The translations under genes were made by a program, and so were the position numbers. From contig NC_068986.1 of NCBI RefSeq assembly GCF_001194135.2, positions 69,665,872-69,729,871 on the forward strand: 64,000 nt of DNA. Reading direction: 5' to 3'. Shown piece by piece: positions 14,201 through 28,357 of the stretch. The stretch's first letter is position 1; each line of letters opens with the position of its first letter. The notes beneath the pieces were generated by a model that saw nothing but the letters and a program-made list of their open reading frames with translations, was not told where the DNA came from and did no database searches. Source of the stretch: Octopus bimaculoides. Its lineage: Eukaryota.

Positions 14201-14552
14201 CGGTGTGGTTGTGTGGTAAGAAGTTTGCTTCCCTACTACATGGTTTCGGGTTCACTCTCACTGCGTAGCACCATGCGCCTCGGCCCGAAAAATCTTCTGA
14301 GTGGAGTTGGTAGACGGAAACTGAAAGAAAGCTCTTGTGTGTGTGTGTGTGTGTGTGTGTCTACCACCGCCTGACAACCAGTGTTGGTGTGTTTACGTCC
14401 AGCGACATAACAGTTTGGCAAAAGACACCGATAGAATGAGCAGCAGGCTTTAAAAAATACTGGGGTCGATTAGTTCAACTAAAATTCCTCAAGGCGGTGC
14501 TCCCGCATGGCCGCAGTCTAATGACTGAAACAAGTAAATGATAAAAGATAAA
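14201..14552 (+). mobile_element. SINE family B, near full length, internal (GT)n
   Basis: tRNA-like head (gtgtggtaagaagtttgcttcc...gggttcactctcactgcg), ggtagacggaaactgaaagaa, (GT)n, then ggggtcgat...gcatggccgcagtctaatgactgaaacaagtaa. Shared with other copies in the window. Confidence 0.85.
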
Positions 14553-15064
14553 GGTATCTAGAGGAAAAAAATGCAACTGTAGAGAGGTATTTGCGCACTG
14601 TACTATTTTATAAACGTGATAGATAGTAAAGTCGACAGACTTTACTGCATAAATGCAATTCTGATATTTTTTAAGCTACTACCAACACAATCTTTATCAC
14701 TGAAAAATCAACATTCTCCTACAAAATAACAAGAATCTGCCTTTTATCACAATTATATGAAAACTGCGCAAACATTTCGGAATAGTAACAAACAATTACT
14801 AACAGATTTACAAAATTTGTTTCCAGAAAATTCCGCAAGATTCCAAGCGCCAATAATACTGAACGAATTCAATTTGCAGCTGCTAAATGTATCTTCTTAT
14901 ACATATGCAATGCGTTCTACAAAAATAATTTTTGGTCTTAAACAGAATTGCAGGGAAAACATCTCAACAAACTTCTAGCTATTATAAAATATATAGTCAA
15001 AAGTCTAGTATGTAACGGAGGAATGCATATGTTGTAGAGTGCGATAGATATAACTAATATCCGT

Positions 15065-15100
<36 letters not shown>

Positions 15101-15485
15101 NNNNNNNNNNNNNNNNNNNNNNNNNNNNNNNNNNNNNNNNNNNNNNNNNNNNNNNNNNNNNNNNNNNNNNNNNNNNNNNNNNNNNNNNNNNNNNNNNNNN
15201 NNNNNNNNNNNNNNNNNNNNNNNNNNNNNNNNNNNNNNNNNNNNNNNNNNNNNNNNNNNNNNNNNNNNNNNNNNNNNNNNNNNNNNNNNNNNNNNNNNNN
15301 NNNNNNNNNNNNNNNNNNNNNNNNNNNNNNNNNNNNNNNNNNNNNNNNNNNNNNNNNNNNNNNNNNNNNNNNNNNNNNNNNNNNNNNNNNNNNNNNNNNN
15401 NNNNNNNNNNNNNNNNNNNNNNNNNNNNNNNNNNNNNNNNNNNNNNNNNNNNNNNNNNNNNNNNNNNNNNNNNNNNNNNNNNNNN

Positions 15486-15559
<74 letters not shown>

Positions 15560-17699
15560 GAACTAAAATATATGTGAGAACTAAATACGTAGTGTATGAC
15601 TAAGACAGTTAAAATATAGCAAATAGAATCCATTATGATAAAAGCAGAATAGAACCAAATTTTATGAATATTCTTTCTGTTTTTTAATACATAGTAAGAC
15701 TCATCTTTTGAGAATTTGAACTAATGCTATAATTATTCGGCATAAGACCTTGCATTTGAAATAATAGTAAATGTCGTTTTTGACATTTTTGTGTGGATCA
15801 TTTCAGAATCAACCTACCTTCTTTTCACTTGTTCATACTGTTGCTATTGTTGCTTAAATCCAGGTCAGCTCTGATACAACAGATCTGTAGCATTGCAGCC
15901 ATGACTGTGTTTTATATTTCAAGCACAGCCAACTGCATCCTACACATATCTAACGTGTCCCTTTTTAAGGTGGTACGCGTATAATTTGAAGGAGATTTGG
16001 CAGCTATTTCTAGCACATTATATGAGTACGTAGAGGTTTTATGATGCCAAATACTTCAACACTTGCATCGAGACTAAAGTTCGCTTATAAAAACTAGATT
16101 GAATATCTAAAACAGAAAGTAAAGCTATTTGCTTTGAAGATCAATCTAAATCTAATAGTAGAATTCCATAAAAAAGAAAACAGACTAGGAGAAATCTTCC
16201 CATCTTTGACCTTGTAAATGACATTTTGACGTTTTGAAAAATTTCACCTTAAATCTTTTATCTCAACCAAAGAAGAAATATCGAGAACATCTTGATTTGT
16301 AAACTGTTCAAATAAATAAATATTTATTTGATCCTTTTGTACTGTATAAAAAAGAGAAGTAATGAATGTTTTAATATGCTACTGAAAGTTTCAAATTTGA
16401 ATATCAAATGAAAAAGAAAGGAGTTAATCAATTGTTTCAATTACGAACATTGCTTTTTATCTTTGCGTTAGGTTTATTAGTTTTTGAAATTATAGTATTG
16501 ACAATATTTTAAATTTTTGTCTAATGACTTCAGATGACAAGAAAGCTAAAGAGAGTGTCGATTTATTTGACGAACACATGATTGCAAAGTGTGGAATATT
16601 CTCCATTATCTTTTTCAAAAATGAAAATAAGCTGTATCGTGACAGCGAAGGAGTTGGAAGTCAGTATATGTGGGCGTTTGGGGGAAATAATGTTGCTTCT
16701 AAGTTATAATAATACATGCTTTTATGAACTGAAAGGCGTGCATGGATTGTTATTAAGGATTGACATTGCGTTTGAATGTCAGCCACCAAATGAACTCTGC
16801 TCTTGTCGATCACTATCGAACTGAATAAATAACTAAAAGCATTTTTCTTTTTTAATCCTCATATTTTATTTGTAAAAAACTTGTTTGTGTTAATTGAGCT
16901 ATTAACTTTATTCTGTTGTGTATTTTCTGTTTTGCGTTGAAGGCGGTTTATTGTCTGACTGGGGGTAGAACTGAAGTGAAACTTTATTGTAAAATATAAT
17001 TTTAAAGTATTTACTGGCTCAATAAATAAATGCTGATAATTACTTTCTTTAGAGTTATTTTTTCTCAGATTCTACTACTGTTTGCGTATTTAATATAAAG
17101 CTATATTTTGTGGTTATTGTCTTAGTCTATCAGACCGAAAATATCGTTGAAAAACTTAATATGTTTTTAATAGTTTGGATTAATGCGTAGTACGTTAATT
17201 CATCATAAATAACTTCCCGATGAGAGCAATAATCTAGAATATTATAGTAGTAATAATTTGTAGATAGTGGTCAATTTAAAATATATCGGTTTGTTGTGAC
17301 CAACATTGTAGAAGATATGATTGCGGCAATTCCATTCCAGGGTATGGATCCAATTACTGAGTTAAGCCAAACCTCCAACTTTATTACTTTAAAATTCTTA
17401 TTTCGTTATAAGGGTGCTGATGATACTCAGACTTCAGTCTCTCTTTTTTGCAAATGTGCTAAATTTTAAAGAAAAAAAATCAAAACAATTGAATATTTGG
17501 GCGTGTTAAAAGGAAAAAAGATCTAACGTTACATAACCCTTTATTTTTATTCTCATTCTCATAACATAATCTGTCAAAGAAACTTACAACTGTAACACAA
17601 CTCCAGTATTTTTTTACTTGTTGCTATTATACCCTAACCCTCTTTTGTTGCTTTCATTACATTGCAAAGAGAAAAAAAAAACGCTTCTAATGCCTTGAA

Positions 17700-18362
17700 T
17701 GTTAGACTTGTTATCGGGTGTTTTCGGAGTGCTGATTTGAAATGTGGTACCGATTATGCTGCACTCGTTATAATTTTGAAGACGCTGCACTTCCTTTCAT
17801 GTGATGATGTAACCGTTCGAATCATCATCATATAAAGTGGTAAGATGCTTCTCCAAGAACATGCAGTAAGCGATCCCAGTGATCCCCTTATATTTATAAG
17901 CAGCTAAAAGGTTAGACATATTCTTGGAAATATTTGGGGAAACAATTAGAAAAAATATCCTCAGCTTTGCTTATCAACACTCATTAATTCATGATCAGTT
18001 ATGATAACAAAAATATCAGCAACATTAGAGTCAATAGTAATTGTAACATAGAAGTAAATATAAAGTATTTATATTTACTTGTAAATGATGATCACATATT
18101 CAACATATGAAAAGCTTATTATAGAACTTTCTAGAGGGAGATTTGCTAGATCAGTCTTTCTACTAAATGGCCAAAAGTAATCTGCTACCATGTATGCATC
18201 CCACCTTTCCTCATACCTTTTTGTCTTTGTTTTTATGCTGCCATGAAATCTTTTCCCTTGCTCTTCACTTAAATTACTATGCTTTTCTGGAATCGATCTA
18301 AATTTTTGTGATGGTAATAAACCTTGATATTCATACCACACAAAATTAGGAAGTACGTCCAC
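17700..18362 (-). mobile_element. Degraded DNA transposase C-terminus, probably Chapaev3/CMC-like
   Basis: ORF 18075-18362 contains SNLSEEQGKRFHGSIKTKTKRYEERWDAYMVADYFW, matching the xSEEQGERFHQDIxxMExRYQGRWxxxMMADYCW motif. The superfamily assignment is from recall and the left boundary is approximate. Confidence 0.65.
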
Positions 18363-18701
18363 TGTTAAGTCATTAATTGGTAATTTGCATGAATCTAAAG
18401 GTGGTAAAATTTATTCTTAACCAGTGAAAGGGTGAAATGAAATCACTGTTTTTTTTTTTCTGTCTTTGAGAGAGTAGAGCCAAAGATTACTAATGGGAAA
18501 AATTGTGAGTGGTCTTTGAAATGTCCTCAATGAACTTTTTGGTTGATTGAGAAAAAAATCCTCCTTACACCATTACAATCCAAGCTTAAGCCTAATGAAG
18601 TAACTGGTAAAGGTATTGAACAAGAAACTTGTTGGTTTTAGGTGTTTATGTTGCAAAAGGATTGAAATGAACACGGAAAAGCTTTAAGTAATGAATTTTA
18701 A

Positions 18702-19002
18702 TGGGCTCAGTCCGACTGGGTGGTACTTTGGGTAAATGTCTTCTATTATAACCCCGGAGCGTATATGTCTCTGTCTGGGTTCTGTGCCTTCGTGTTCATG
18801 GTTGTCCCTCACCAACGCTTAACAACCGGTGTTGGTTTGTTTAAGTTGCCGCAACTTAAAGGTTATGCTTAAGGGACCGATAAAGTTAGTACCAGGCTTA
18901 AAAATACGAACTGGTGGCGATTTGTTCGAGTGAATCCTTCAAGACTATGCTCCTGTATGGCTGCAGTCCAATGATTTTAACAAGTAAATAATAAAAGATA
19001 AA
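18702..19002 (+). mobile_element. SINE family B, old diverged copy
   Basis: ttgggtaaatgtcttctattata...acaaccggtgttggtttgttta...ggctgcagtccaatga...acaagtaaataataaaagataaaa aligns by eye to 14201-14552. Confidence 0.7.
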
Positions 19003-21419
19003 AAGAGAACAACCCCTGCTTTATAGAGTTTTGTGGATTTTGAGCATCGTCTTAGTTTGTTCTGATTCTCAAAAACTTCTCGGCAGACAATTATTCTGAA
19101 TTAATAAGGAGCATGCTTTCCAGTATCAATAAACCTTGCTGTAATATGAGCATCAATGTCTGTTGCCGCCACAATAACTTGTACGTATATTGTAACCTAT
19201 CTAAAAGCATCGATACTATGATAGAATGAACGTTTATGGACTATACATATATCACAGTAACTAGCAAGGTTGTTTCCAAGTGAAACGTTATTATTAAACT
19301 TCTATGAGATACGCAGTACGAAAGGGAAATCCACTAAATATTTTCCTCTATATATTTTCTCCGTTTGAACCTACGTGTATTTTATAATTTTCCAAATACA
19401 GGAAGTATAACGCCTGAAAATCCCAAAGCTGAATAATTCAAAGATGGGTCAAGATTACTGGTGCCCTAATGGGTCTATTATATTGTAAGAGTCGGCTTTG
19501 TTTACAACATACCTTTGTCACATGACCTCAAAGCTGGCATCTCATTCCATCATCACAAATACGCTGATACTTTGGTGATACTAGTAATTTATATTTCAGA
19601 TATTAAACGAAATTCGATCTAAAAGTGTATGGAATCTGCACCAAAACCATCAATCATTGGCCACGCAGTCACTGTTGATTGTATTGATTTTTTATTGCAT
19701 CGCCCTCTGTATATATTTGTTATTCCATCACAGATCTTAGTGTTGACCATAGTAGCTCTTTGTTTTCGTGGGTAGGGGTTGTTGTTTCAAAACATTTTTC
19801 TCTATTATCATTTTTTGTTTAACAATTCATAATATGAATTAAATGAATATAATGAGAAATACGATAACTGAAAGCTTGGAATAAAAACAGGCGCCACAGT
19901 AAGTCTACAAGACATTGTTGTAGTTTAAAAAAGGAGACGTTAGTTTGTGTTCTATGAAATGACTTAAAAAATGTATTTGTTTTGTCTGTGGCTCAATCTT
20001 TAAATGCTTTATGAATTTCTATTGACGATTGTGCAGCCAACATAGTTTTAGATGTATTCACACAGAAAAGAATGTGGACGAGAATTTTGTAGTTAATCAA
20101 TACATAGAACAATATATGAATTATTATTCGAATTTTTAATAGTAAATATTTCTAAGAAGGTGAGTCTTCGCTGGCCAAATCACCCAGTTTGCTGTAAAGC
20201 CGTACGCCAAAGAGTTCTATTTCCTTTCTCGTATCTGTAGATGCGTTGCTGGCGAGGTTTTTGTTCGTGTCAGTGTTAATTATACGTATTTACTTGGAGA
20301 TGGATAGTTGCCACTAGGACGGTTTCTTTTACATACGCTATAAGAAGATCTAAAATTGAATGATATCTCAACATATCATTGGATTACTCCCAATAAATAC
20401 ACGGCTATAAAGTTATATTTGTAAACTTTTAGGAATCTACTAACTGAACTGCAGAATTGTGTCATACAAAAACATATTGATTACGAAAATAGTTTAGAAA
20501 TACGTGTAAATATATTTGATTTAGCGCATAACAAATATTTAAAATGATATTGCGTTCAGGACGTTGTGAAAAATACAGTTATATTTAAATATATACATAC
20601 TGAATGACTACATATAGTTATAGTTTCTATACACAAACAGAAAAGTAAGTGCGTAAAGGACTTTGCCTTTCTTTCCTGTTTATATATCCATGTTAAGGTT
20701 TACATTTAATACACATTACAAGTACATCTTATTTTGCAAGTAATATTTTAAAATTTGCATTAAATAAGCTAATTATTCTCGTAATATTATTGTAAACACG
20801 AGGGATTAATTCTGATCTCCTGCTTTAATCACTTATAAAATAGTTCCCAGATGTTTGGGACTGCGAAAGATTTCATTCTTTTTGAAAGCAGCAAGCGAAA
20901 GTCTCAAGGCAACATCAGCACACAACACTAAACATTTATATTGCGTTATTTTGCTTTACCCTAAAGCGAATATTTACAGTAAAGCAATAGGAGTTTGTTT
21001 TGTTGATATCTTTAATCGATATACATTATATATATAGGAAGTTAGTAAACTTCGAGAAGTCAGTAGAAGGTAAAAAAACAACTTTCAGGAACAATAGTGG
21101 TTTATTGGGGTAGAAGACTGAAAATTTTTCCCATATCGAAGTTCGATAAGCTGAAAAAAGTTATTTTATAGTTCATGGTTAAGAGTTGGGGTTGCTTGAA
21201 TGCGAATAAAAATCCAAATTTAAGGAATGCAGTAGATCAAATTTCTAGCGAGTTAATATGGGATCCCTTAACGATAATATAACCTTCATTTGACTAAGGT
21301 ATCTTTGGCCTGATGAATAGCTAGTGGAGTACCCGTTGTTTGAGTAATTACTACTTCCGAAATTCTGCTAGCCAGGAGACATAAGTAGCCCGAATTTTAT
21401 TACACCATTCCCTAAATTT

Positions 21420-21450
<31 letters not shown>

Positions 21451-21960
21451 NNNNNNNNNNNNNNNNNNNNNNNNNNNNNNNNNNNNNNNNNNNNNNNNNN
21501 NNNNNNNNNNNNNNNNNNNNNNNNNNNNNNNNNNNNNNNNNNNNNNNNNNNNNNNNNNNNNNNNNNNNNNNNNNNNNNNNNNNNNNNNNNNNNNNNNNNN
21601 NNNNNNNNNNNNNNNNNNNNNNNNNNNNNNNNNNNNNNNNNNNNNNNNNNNNNNNNNNNNNNNNNNNNNNNNNNNNNNNNNNNNNNNNNNNNNNNNNNNN
21701 NNNNNNNNNNNNNNNNNNNNNNNNNNNNNNNNNNNNNNNNNNNNNNNNNNNNNNNNNNNNNNNNNNNNNNNNNNNNNNNNNNNNNNNNNNNNNNNNNNNN
21801 NNNNNNNNNNNNNNNNNNNNNNNNNNNNNNNNNNNNNNNNNNNNNNNNNNNNNNNNNNNNNNNNNNNNNNNNNNNNNNNNNNNNNNNNNNNNNNNNNNNN
21901 NNNNNNNNNNNNNNNNNNNNNNNNNNNNNNNNNNNNNNNNNNNNNNNNNNNNNNNNNNNN

Positions 21961-21994
<34 letters not shown>

Positions 21995-23121
21995 CGATAC
22001 CATTAAGAAATAACAGACTGTGCAGTACATCAGAACGCTTATAGAACTAGCTTTAGCTGAAAATCGTTATAACTAGCCATTTACACAATATTTCGTGAAT
22101 AATATACTATTGAACAAGCGTTGCTATACAAATAGGTTTGCTACGATCCCGGTCTGCGATCTGCTTTCTATTTCACATGTAGCCATTAAATGATTTCTAA
22201 TCAAACCTTAAAAATGACATAACCTTTATTTTATTTCGGTTTTGTACACTTTCATTTATACAATAAATAATATCAACAAATGAGAAAATCTCCACAGTAA
22301 ACTATTAAGAACATATTGTAAGGCTGTATTTTTAATGTTGCAAAACACGAAACAGAAATGCATATTTATGGTTTAGCGTTACCGTTTCAATTTATATATT
22401 TTGTATTTTGGTGTTTATTATTCCAATAAATTGGAATATATTTACTTTAGATGTCCTGTAAATCACTGTTGAATGTGATAATGTTAGTTTAGCCTTAGAG
22501 GAATTACCAGTCTTCTTAGATCAAAGCAATGTATTTATTATCTTGTATACAATACTTGCAACTCTTAAAACACTTGATTTTTTGGAAATTTCACTCTATT
22601 CACATTGTGTTTCATATATGTATATATACATCCTTGTATGTATTCAGATGATTGGGTTTGGGGAGACTCATCTCCAATAAAATTGTGATATACTCTTTTG
22701 ATTTTCTGTCATTTTGACGAAATATATTTGTTTTCTTACGAAGTCTTTCTTTGCTTTCTTTCAGGTAAGAGTTTTTACAATCTACTTATATTACAGACTG
22801 CCAGGTGAGAGTGCTTTTATGTCTAACTATATTAAAACATTGGTTTTTAATTTTTAGCGAGGTAAAAACTATGTGTACATGGGGAGTGGCAGAATTGAAA
22901 TATTGTGCTGTTGAAGTCTTTAACAACATCTTTCTCTAGTGACATTCGTGAAGTCGTTTGACTTCAAACAAAATTTGAAATGAGGTTGTGGATTCGAATT
23001 GCCGGGAGCTTACCAATACAATGTAGCGTTCGCTACCTACTCGTCCGTAAGAAAATATGTTAACGATTTAGCCAATAAACAGTTGATCTTCCATTATATT
23101 TTTTAACTTTATAGACCTCTA

Positions 23122-23160
<39 letters not shown>

Positions 23161-23161
<1 letters not shown>

Positions 23162-23270
23162 TCTTTTATTCTTTTACTTGGTTCAGTCATTTGACTGCGG
23201 CCATGCTGGAGCACCGCCTTTAGTCGAGCAAATCGACCCCAAGACTTATTCTTTGGAAGCCTAGTACTTA
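23161..23270 (-). mobile_element. SINE family B 3' half, cut by assembly gap
   Basis: cttttacttggttcagtcatttgactgcggccatgctggagcaccgcctttagtcgagcaaatcgacccc. Confidence 0.85.
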
Positions 23271-24102
23271 NNNNNNNNNNNNNNNNNNNNNNNNNNNNNN
23301 NNNNNNNNNNNNNNNNNNNNNNNNNNNNNNNNNNNNNNNNNNNNNNNNNNNNNNNNNNNNNNNNNNNNNNNNNNNNNNNNNNNNNNNNNNNNNNNNNNNN
23401 NNNNNNNNNNNNNNNNNNNNNNNNNNNNNNNNNNNNNNNNNNNNNNNNNNNNNNNNNNNNNNNNNNNNNNNNNNNNNNNNNNNNNNNNNNNNNNNNNNNN
23501 NNNNNNNNNNNNNNNNNNNNNNNNNNNNNNNNNNNNNNNNNNNNNNNNNNNNNNNNNNNNNNNNNNNNNNNNNNNNNNNNNNNNNNNNNNNNNNNNNNNN
23601 NNNNNNNNNNNNNNNNNNNNNNNNNNNNNNNNNNNNNNNNNNNNNNNNNNNNNNNNNNNNNNNNNNNNNNNNNNNNNNNNNNNNNNNNNNNNNNNNNNNN
23701 NNNNNNNNNNNNNNNNNNNNNNNNNNNNNNNNNNNNNNNNNNNNNNNNNNNNNNNNNNNNNNNNNNNNNNNNNNNNNNNNNNNNNNNNNNNNNNNNNNNN
23801 NNNNNNNNNNNNNNNNNNNNNNNNNNNNNNNNNNNNNNNNNNNNNNNNNNNNNNNNNNNNNNNNNNNNNNNNNNNNNNNNNNNNNNNNNNNNNNNNNNNN
23901 NNNNNNNNNNNNNNNNNNNNNNNNNNNNNNNNNNNNNNNNNNNNNNNNNNNNNNNNNNNNNNNNNNNNNNNNNNNNNNNNNNNNNNNNNNNNNNNNNNNN
24001 NNNNNNNNNNNNNNNNNNNNNNNNNNNNNNNNNNNNNNNNNNNNNNNNNNNNNNNNNNNNNNNNNNNNNNNNNNNNNNNNNNNNNNNNNNNNNNNNNNNN
24101 NN

Positions 24103-24168
<66 letters not shown>

Positions 24169-25152
24169 CATACATACATACACATATATAGAAAAACGAG
24201 AGAGAGAAAGAGAGAAACCATTTGGTGTTAGTACGTCAAACAGGCTAGAAATTACCCATGTCGAAATCCAAGCCCATCTATTTGGAGTTATAATTATTTC
24301 TTTTGGCGTGACAAAGAAAGATCTGGGAAAACCTTAATACATTATAATGTGTTTAGCTAATACCAATTAAGTAATGTCAAAAAAAAAAATAATAATAATG
24401 GGAGGATCAGAGTTAACCCTGCGAGAAAAATGTTAGGCAAAAGCAATATATGCGTAGCACATATTTTCTAGACTCATTTGTTTGGCTGAAGTCCAGCTTA
24501 TAATGAATTATGCCATACGGTTCTAAGAGATATTCGAACTCAAGACAAATTCCTTTACTTTAGGAATCAGAAAATAAATCAATCAAATAAATAAATAAAA
24601 AGCTTTTGTGTGTATGAGAAATTAAATTGTTGTTTTGAATATGTTGACTCATGAAAGAGTTAAAGATGTCTTGTAAAAATAGTTTCTACTCTACTGATGT
24701 GGCAAATGTTCACGGCTGAAAACCCACAGTTCACCGTTGATATGACTCAACTTGCATGAAGAACATTTTTTAACTTATAAGTTTCGTAGGACCTTAATCT
24801 ATGATACACACTATTACTCACACAGTGATCCAGACATGCAAACATTTTGGCATATTGGTGATAGTAAAAGAAAGAATAATAAAGAATATAAAGAGCGAAG
24901 TTTCTCCCCTTCACTTTCCATTCACGTCTTTTGATACTGTTGATCGTTTGGTTCGCTTGATATATAGGGGAAAATAGAGAAAAGAAAATTCAGTCACTCG
25001 AATTACGTTAAAAAGTTTTAGAATTTATGATAGTCACGTGATAAATACTGATGACTCAAACATTTGACAAGTAAGAGTGATGATCTTTGAAGTGTTGTTT
25101 CATTCATTAGTCAAGCACTGAGGAGTTGAGAAGAATATAGCATATTTGCACT

Positions 25153-25185
<33 letters not shown>

Positions 25186-25750
25186 TACCTATAATATATG
25201 GATAGATGCATTTGTATGTGTGCAAGTATATATGAATAGAGAATATATATATATAAACATGTGTACGCGTGTGTGGATTTGTTGTGTATGTATGTGTGTG
25301 TGATTGTAAGTATATGTGTGTGTTTACGTATGTGTCAATGTATATATATGCATGGGTGGAGTATGTATGTATACATATATGTATATGTGTATGTGTATAT
25401 GTATGCGTGCGTGCGCCTGTGTGTATGCATGTGTTGTAATCAATTACACACGTTTATAAACAATTTTAGTCAGTTTCTTTCAGGTGTATGCGGAAATATA
25501 TATAAGTTAAATTTACAGACAGTCTGCAAATATTGTTCGCTTCACCTGAGCTCAGTTCCTCTTACGAGCATTCAACAACTAAAACGATTATTTCTGAGAC
25601 ATAATTCTACACATTTTGAAAGAGGAAACAGTCGTTCACATATTTGTTACTTCTTCATTGGTATATTATTTTACTAACCACAAAGAGGGAAGATTAGATG
25701 GAATTTGAGTGAGGTTCGAACTTGGAATATTTATGAGTTTACTAAATATT

Positions 25751-25961
25751 AGTTTCAAATTTTGGCACAAGGCCAGCAATTTCCGGGGAAGTGGCTAATC
25801 TGTTACGTCGATCCCAGTGCACGACAGGTACTTATTTTATCGATCCTGAAAGAATAAAAGGCAAAGTCGACCTCGGTGGAATTTGAACTCGGATCATAAA
25901 GAGTTGAAAGTGCCGCTAAGCATTTCGTCCGGCGCGGTAATGATTTTACCAGTTCGACGCC
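25751..25961 (-). mobile_element. SINE family A
   Basis: tttggcacaaggccagcaattt...ggcaaagtcgacctcggtggaatttgaactc...gctaagcatttcgtccggcgcg. Confidence 0.85.
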
Positions 25962-26419
25962 TGATAATAAACAATTCTCTTATTGGCCCATAAAACATAA
26001 TACCTTAAAGACATTACAAGGACTAAGTACAGTCACAAAAGTACATCGAGTAAAAGACTACAGCAAAAGCAAGAGAAGACATAATTAAAGTCTCAACAAA
26101 ATCTCTTTCGAACAAGGAGGAAAGACATATAGGATAATTTAGAGGAAAGAGAAATTAAAATTGCTCTCATCCAGGTTTTTTCTTCTGCATAGAGAAGCAT
26201 ACACAAGGTAGAGTCATTCAGCTTCATCTATCTTGCAACTACCACCTGCATTCCTAAAAAACACTAGAATTCAGCACTGTTCTCTCTACCAGCACATTTC
26301 TCCTCAAGTGCTATTTGAAGAAATTCATGTGAACTTGGATAGAAAGAAAAATGCCAGTCTGCAAACTGTGCAGACGACTCCACTAAAGCCATCAAGGAGA
26401 GGAGGCATGTTGCATTTCC

Positions 26420-27190
26420 TTGCTGATGGAAGGTGGTGCATTGGTTTTCAGTCTGACTAAGCTGATAGCTGGTTTCGTCCCAGACATGACAGCAGCTGTT
26501 CGACACAAGCCTATAAGCTAACACGTCACCTAACGATAAAATGCAGAACATTTCGTAACTCTCTAGAACAGGTCTGATTACTGGTGGCAATTAGTAGTGC
26601 TATTGATTACTATCGCTGTTATGACAGAAGGACCCAGTCCCAGAACCGTTGATAGTTTCTGGGACTGGGCAAAAGATAATCTTCTGGAGCTGTGATCATT
26701 GCGGTAGTGAAGCTGGGAAAGGGATCACACCATCGTTCTTTTTTTGGACAGTAACAGGGCGAGTTTTCCGGCCACCTTCTGATCAGATATGATTTTGCCA
26801 CTGGTGACGCTGTTGAGGCAGCAGTCTAAGGGAGCTATCGTTATTTCTGAATGTATCACTCTCTTCAATGTCTTTCAAGCCTTCAGGTGGCTTTTGCTGG
26901 CACAAGTATAATAGAAAGGATTTCTACTGTAAACCACCAGTCGTATGCTCTTTCTTTCTAAGGGACCAGCACTCCGGTATACATCTGTGGTCTTCGAGGT
27001 TATTACGATATGAATGTTCATTGACTCCCCACTTGCCCAAACGTCAGGGCGACTCTCTCAACGTTTCCCTATGGATGACGAGAGAAGGGTCAATGCTGTT
27101 GCTAATGCCTTTGACTATGACTCATATTTTGCTGACCTTAATATGACGGCACCATTGTAAGTGCATCAGTGGGGTTATCAGCTTCCCCTT
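26420..27190 (+). mobile_element. Possible degraded Gypsy-type LTR retrotransposon gag/protease relic
   Basis: Fragments KLIAGFVPDMTAAVRH and GFCWHKYNRKDFYCKPPVVCSF (cf. the gag CWYHxxFGxxAxxCxPPCxF knuckle), followed by weak protease-like bits. Many stops. Confidence 0.35.
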
Positions 27191-27487
27191 CGCCCTTTTC
27201 TTAGTTTTAAAACTCGACACCAGCTCTCTTTGTTCTTCTTTGATCAATGGGCGAGTTAAAAGAACTGCTTCACACGTTAGTTAGAGCAAGTTCTTCGAGA
27301 GTATGAACCAAATCGCGCTACTTTTGGTGATGTAGATGACTTCCACTTTTGTCGTAAACAACAAAAATAGAAATACGCTTGATTTCTTGCAAAATTTTAC
27401 CAAGTAGCTATTTTTCTTTATGTAATAGGGACAACGTTTCTGTCTAAGCGTTATTAATTTTATTGCTAAGCGAGTCGTCAATTTTCG

Positions 27488-27634
27488 GTAAGTTCATTAG
27501 ACTGCAGCTATACTGGGGCACCAATCTGAAGATCTCAGGACGTTTTTTTAAAACCTGGTACGTTTTCTTACAGCCTCTTTTGCTAAAACGCTAAGATACA
27601 GGGACGTAAACACACCAACATCGGTTGGGATCAA

Positions 27635-27672
<38 letters not shown>

Positions 27673-27812
27673 GTGACAGGCATCTTTCAGTTTCCGTCTA
27701 TCAAATCCCCTCACGATGTTTTGGTCATCCCGAGGAAATATTAGAAGACACTTGACCAAGGTACAACGCAGCGAGACTGAACCCGAGACTATGTGGTTAG
27801 GAAACAAAATTC
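27488..27812 (-). mobile_element. SINE family B with internal (CA)n
   Basis: ttcattagactgcagc...gacgtaaacacaccaacatcggttg (CA)n tctttcagtttccgtctatcaaatcc...agaagacacttgaccaagg...actatgtggttagg. Confidence 0.8.
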
Positions 27813-28197
27813 CCAAAACATCCTTGCTTTCTTCAGTTATATTTTCCTAACGTTTTGCTTCTGAGTTTTTTTTTTTGTACAAAATACAGCAAATTTTGCC
27901 TGTTTTGCTGCGTACCTCAATGGCATATAGCGTTTGCAAGTGGGATTGGCGCAAAAAAACTGTTCAAAATATAAGCATTTTTTGTTTCATTTAATAAGAG
28001 GAAAGAAAAACAAACTTAGCACTCACATTTCTTTAGTTAATTGCAAACGAAATAAAAAACGAAAAACTCACTTAGATTTCATAAGATATCAGATAATTCA
28101 TGCTGGAGTTTTTGAAAAAATACACCTTGTCACGGCAAGAAGTAACAACAACGACGACGACAAAAGTAAGGCCAACCGCAATAATAATGGTTTCAAT

Positions 28198-28313
28198 GTT
28201 GACAAAAGGCCAGCAGTTTTACGAGGAAGAGGGTTAGGCTCCAGTATTTTAGTGGTACTTTATTTTATCGAACCCAGAGGGAACAAAGACAAAGTTGACC
28301 TCTGCAATGCTTT
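28198..28313 (-). mobile_element. SINE family A partial copy
   Basis: aaggccagcagtttt...ggtactttattttatcgaaccc...acaaagttgacctc. Confidence 0.7.

Positions 28314-28355
<42 letters not shown>

Positions 28356-28357
<2 letters not shown>

Noticed and set aside
20145-20320. Strong donor (aag|gtgagt, 20160) and strong acceptor (ctcgtatctgtag, 20240)
   Set aside because: The flanking frames close quickly and show no homology, so I cannot support an exon.
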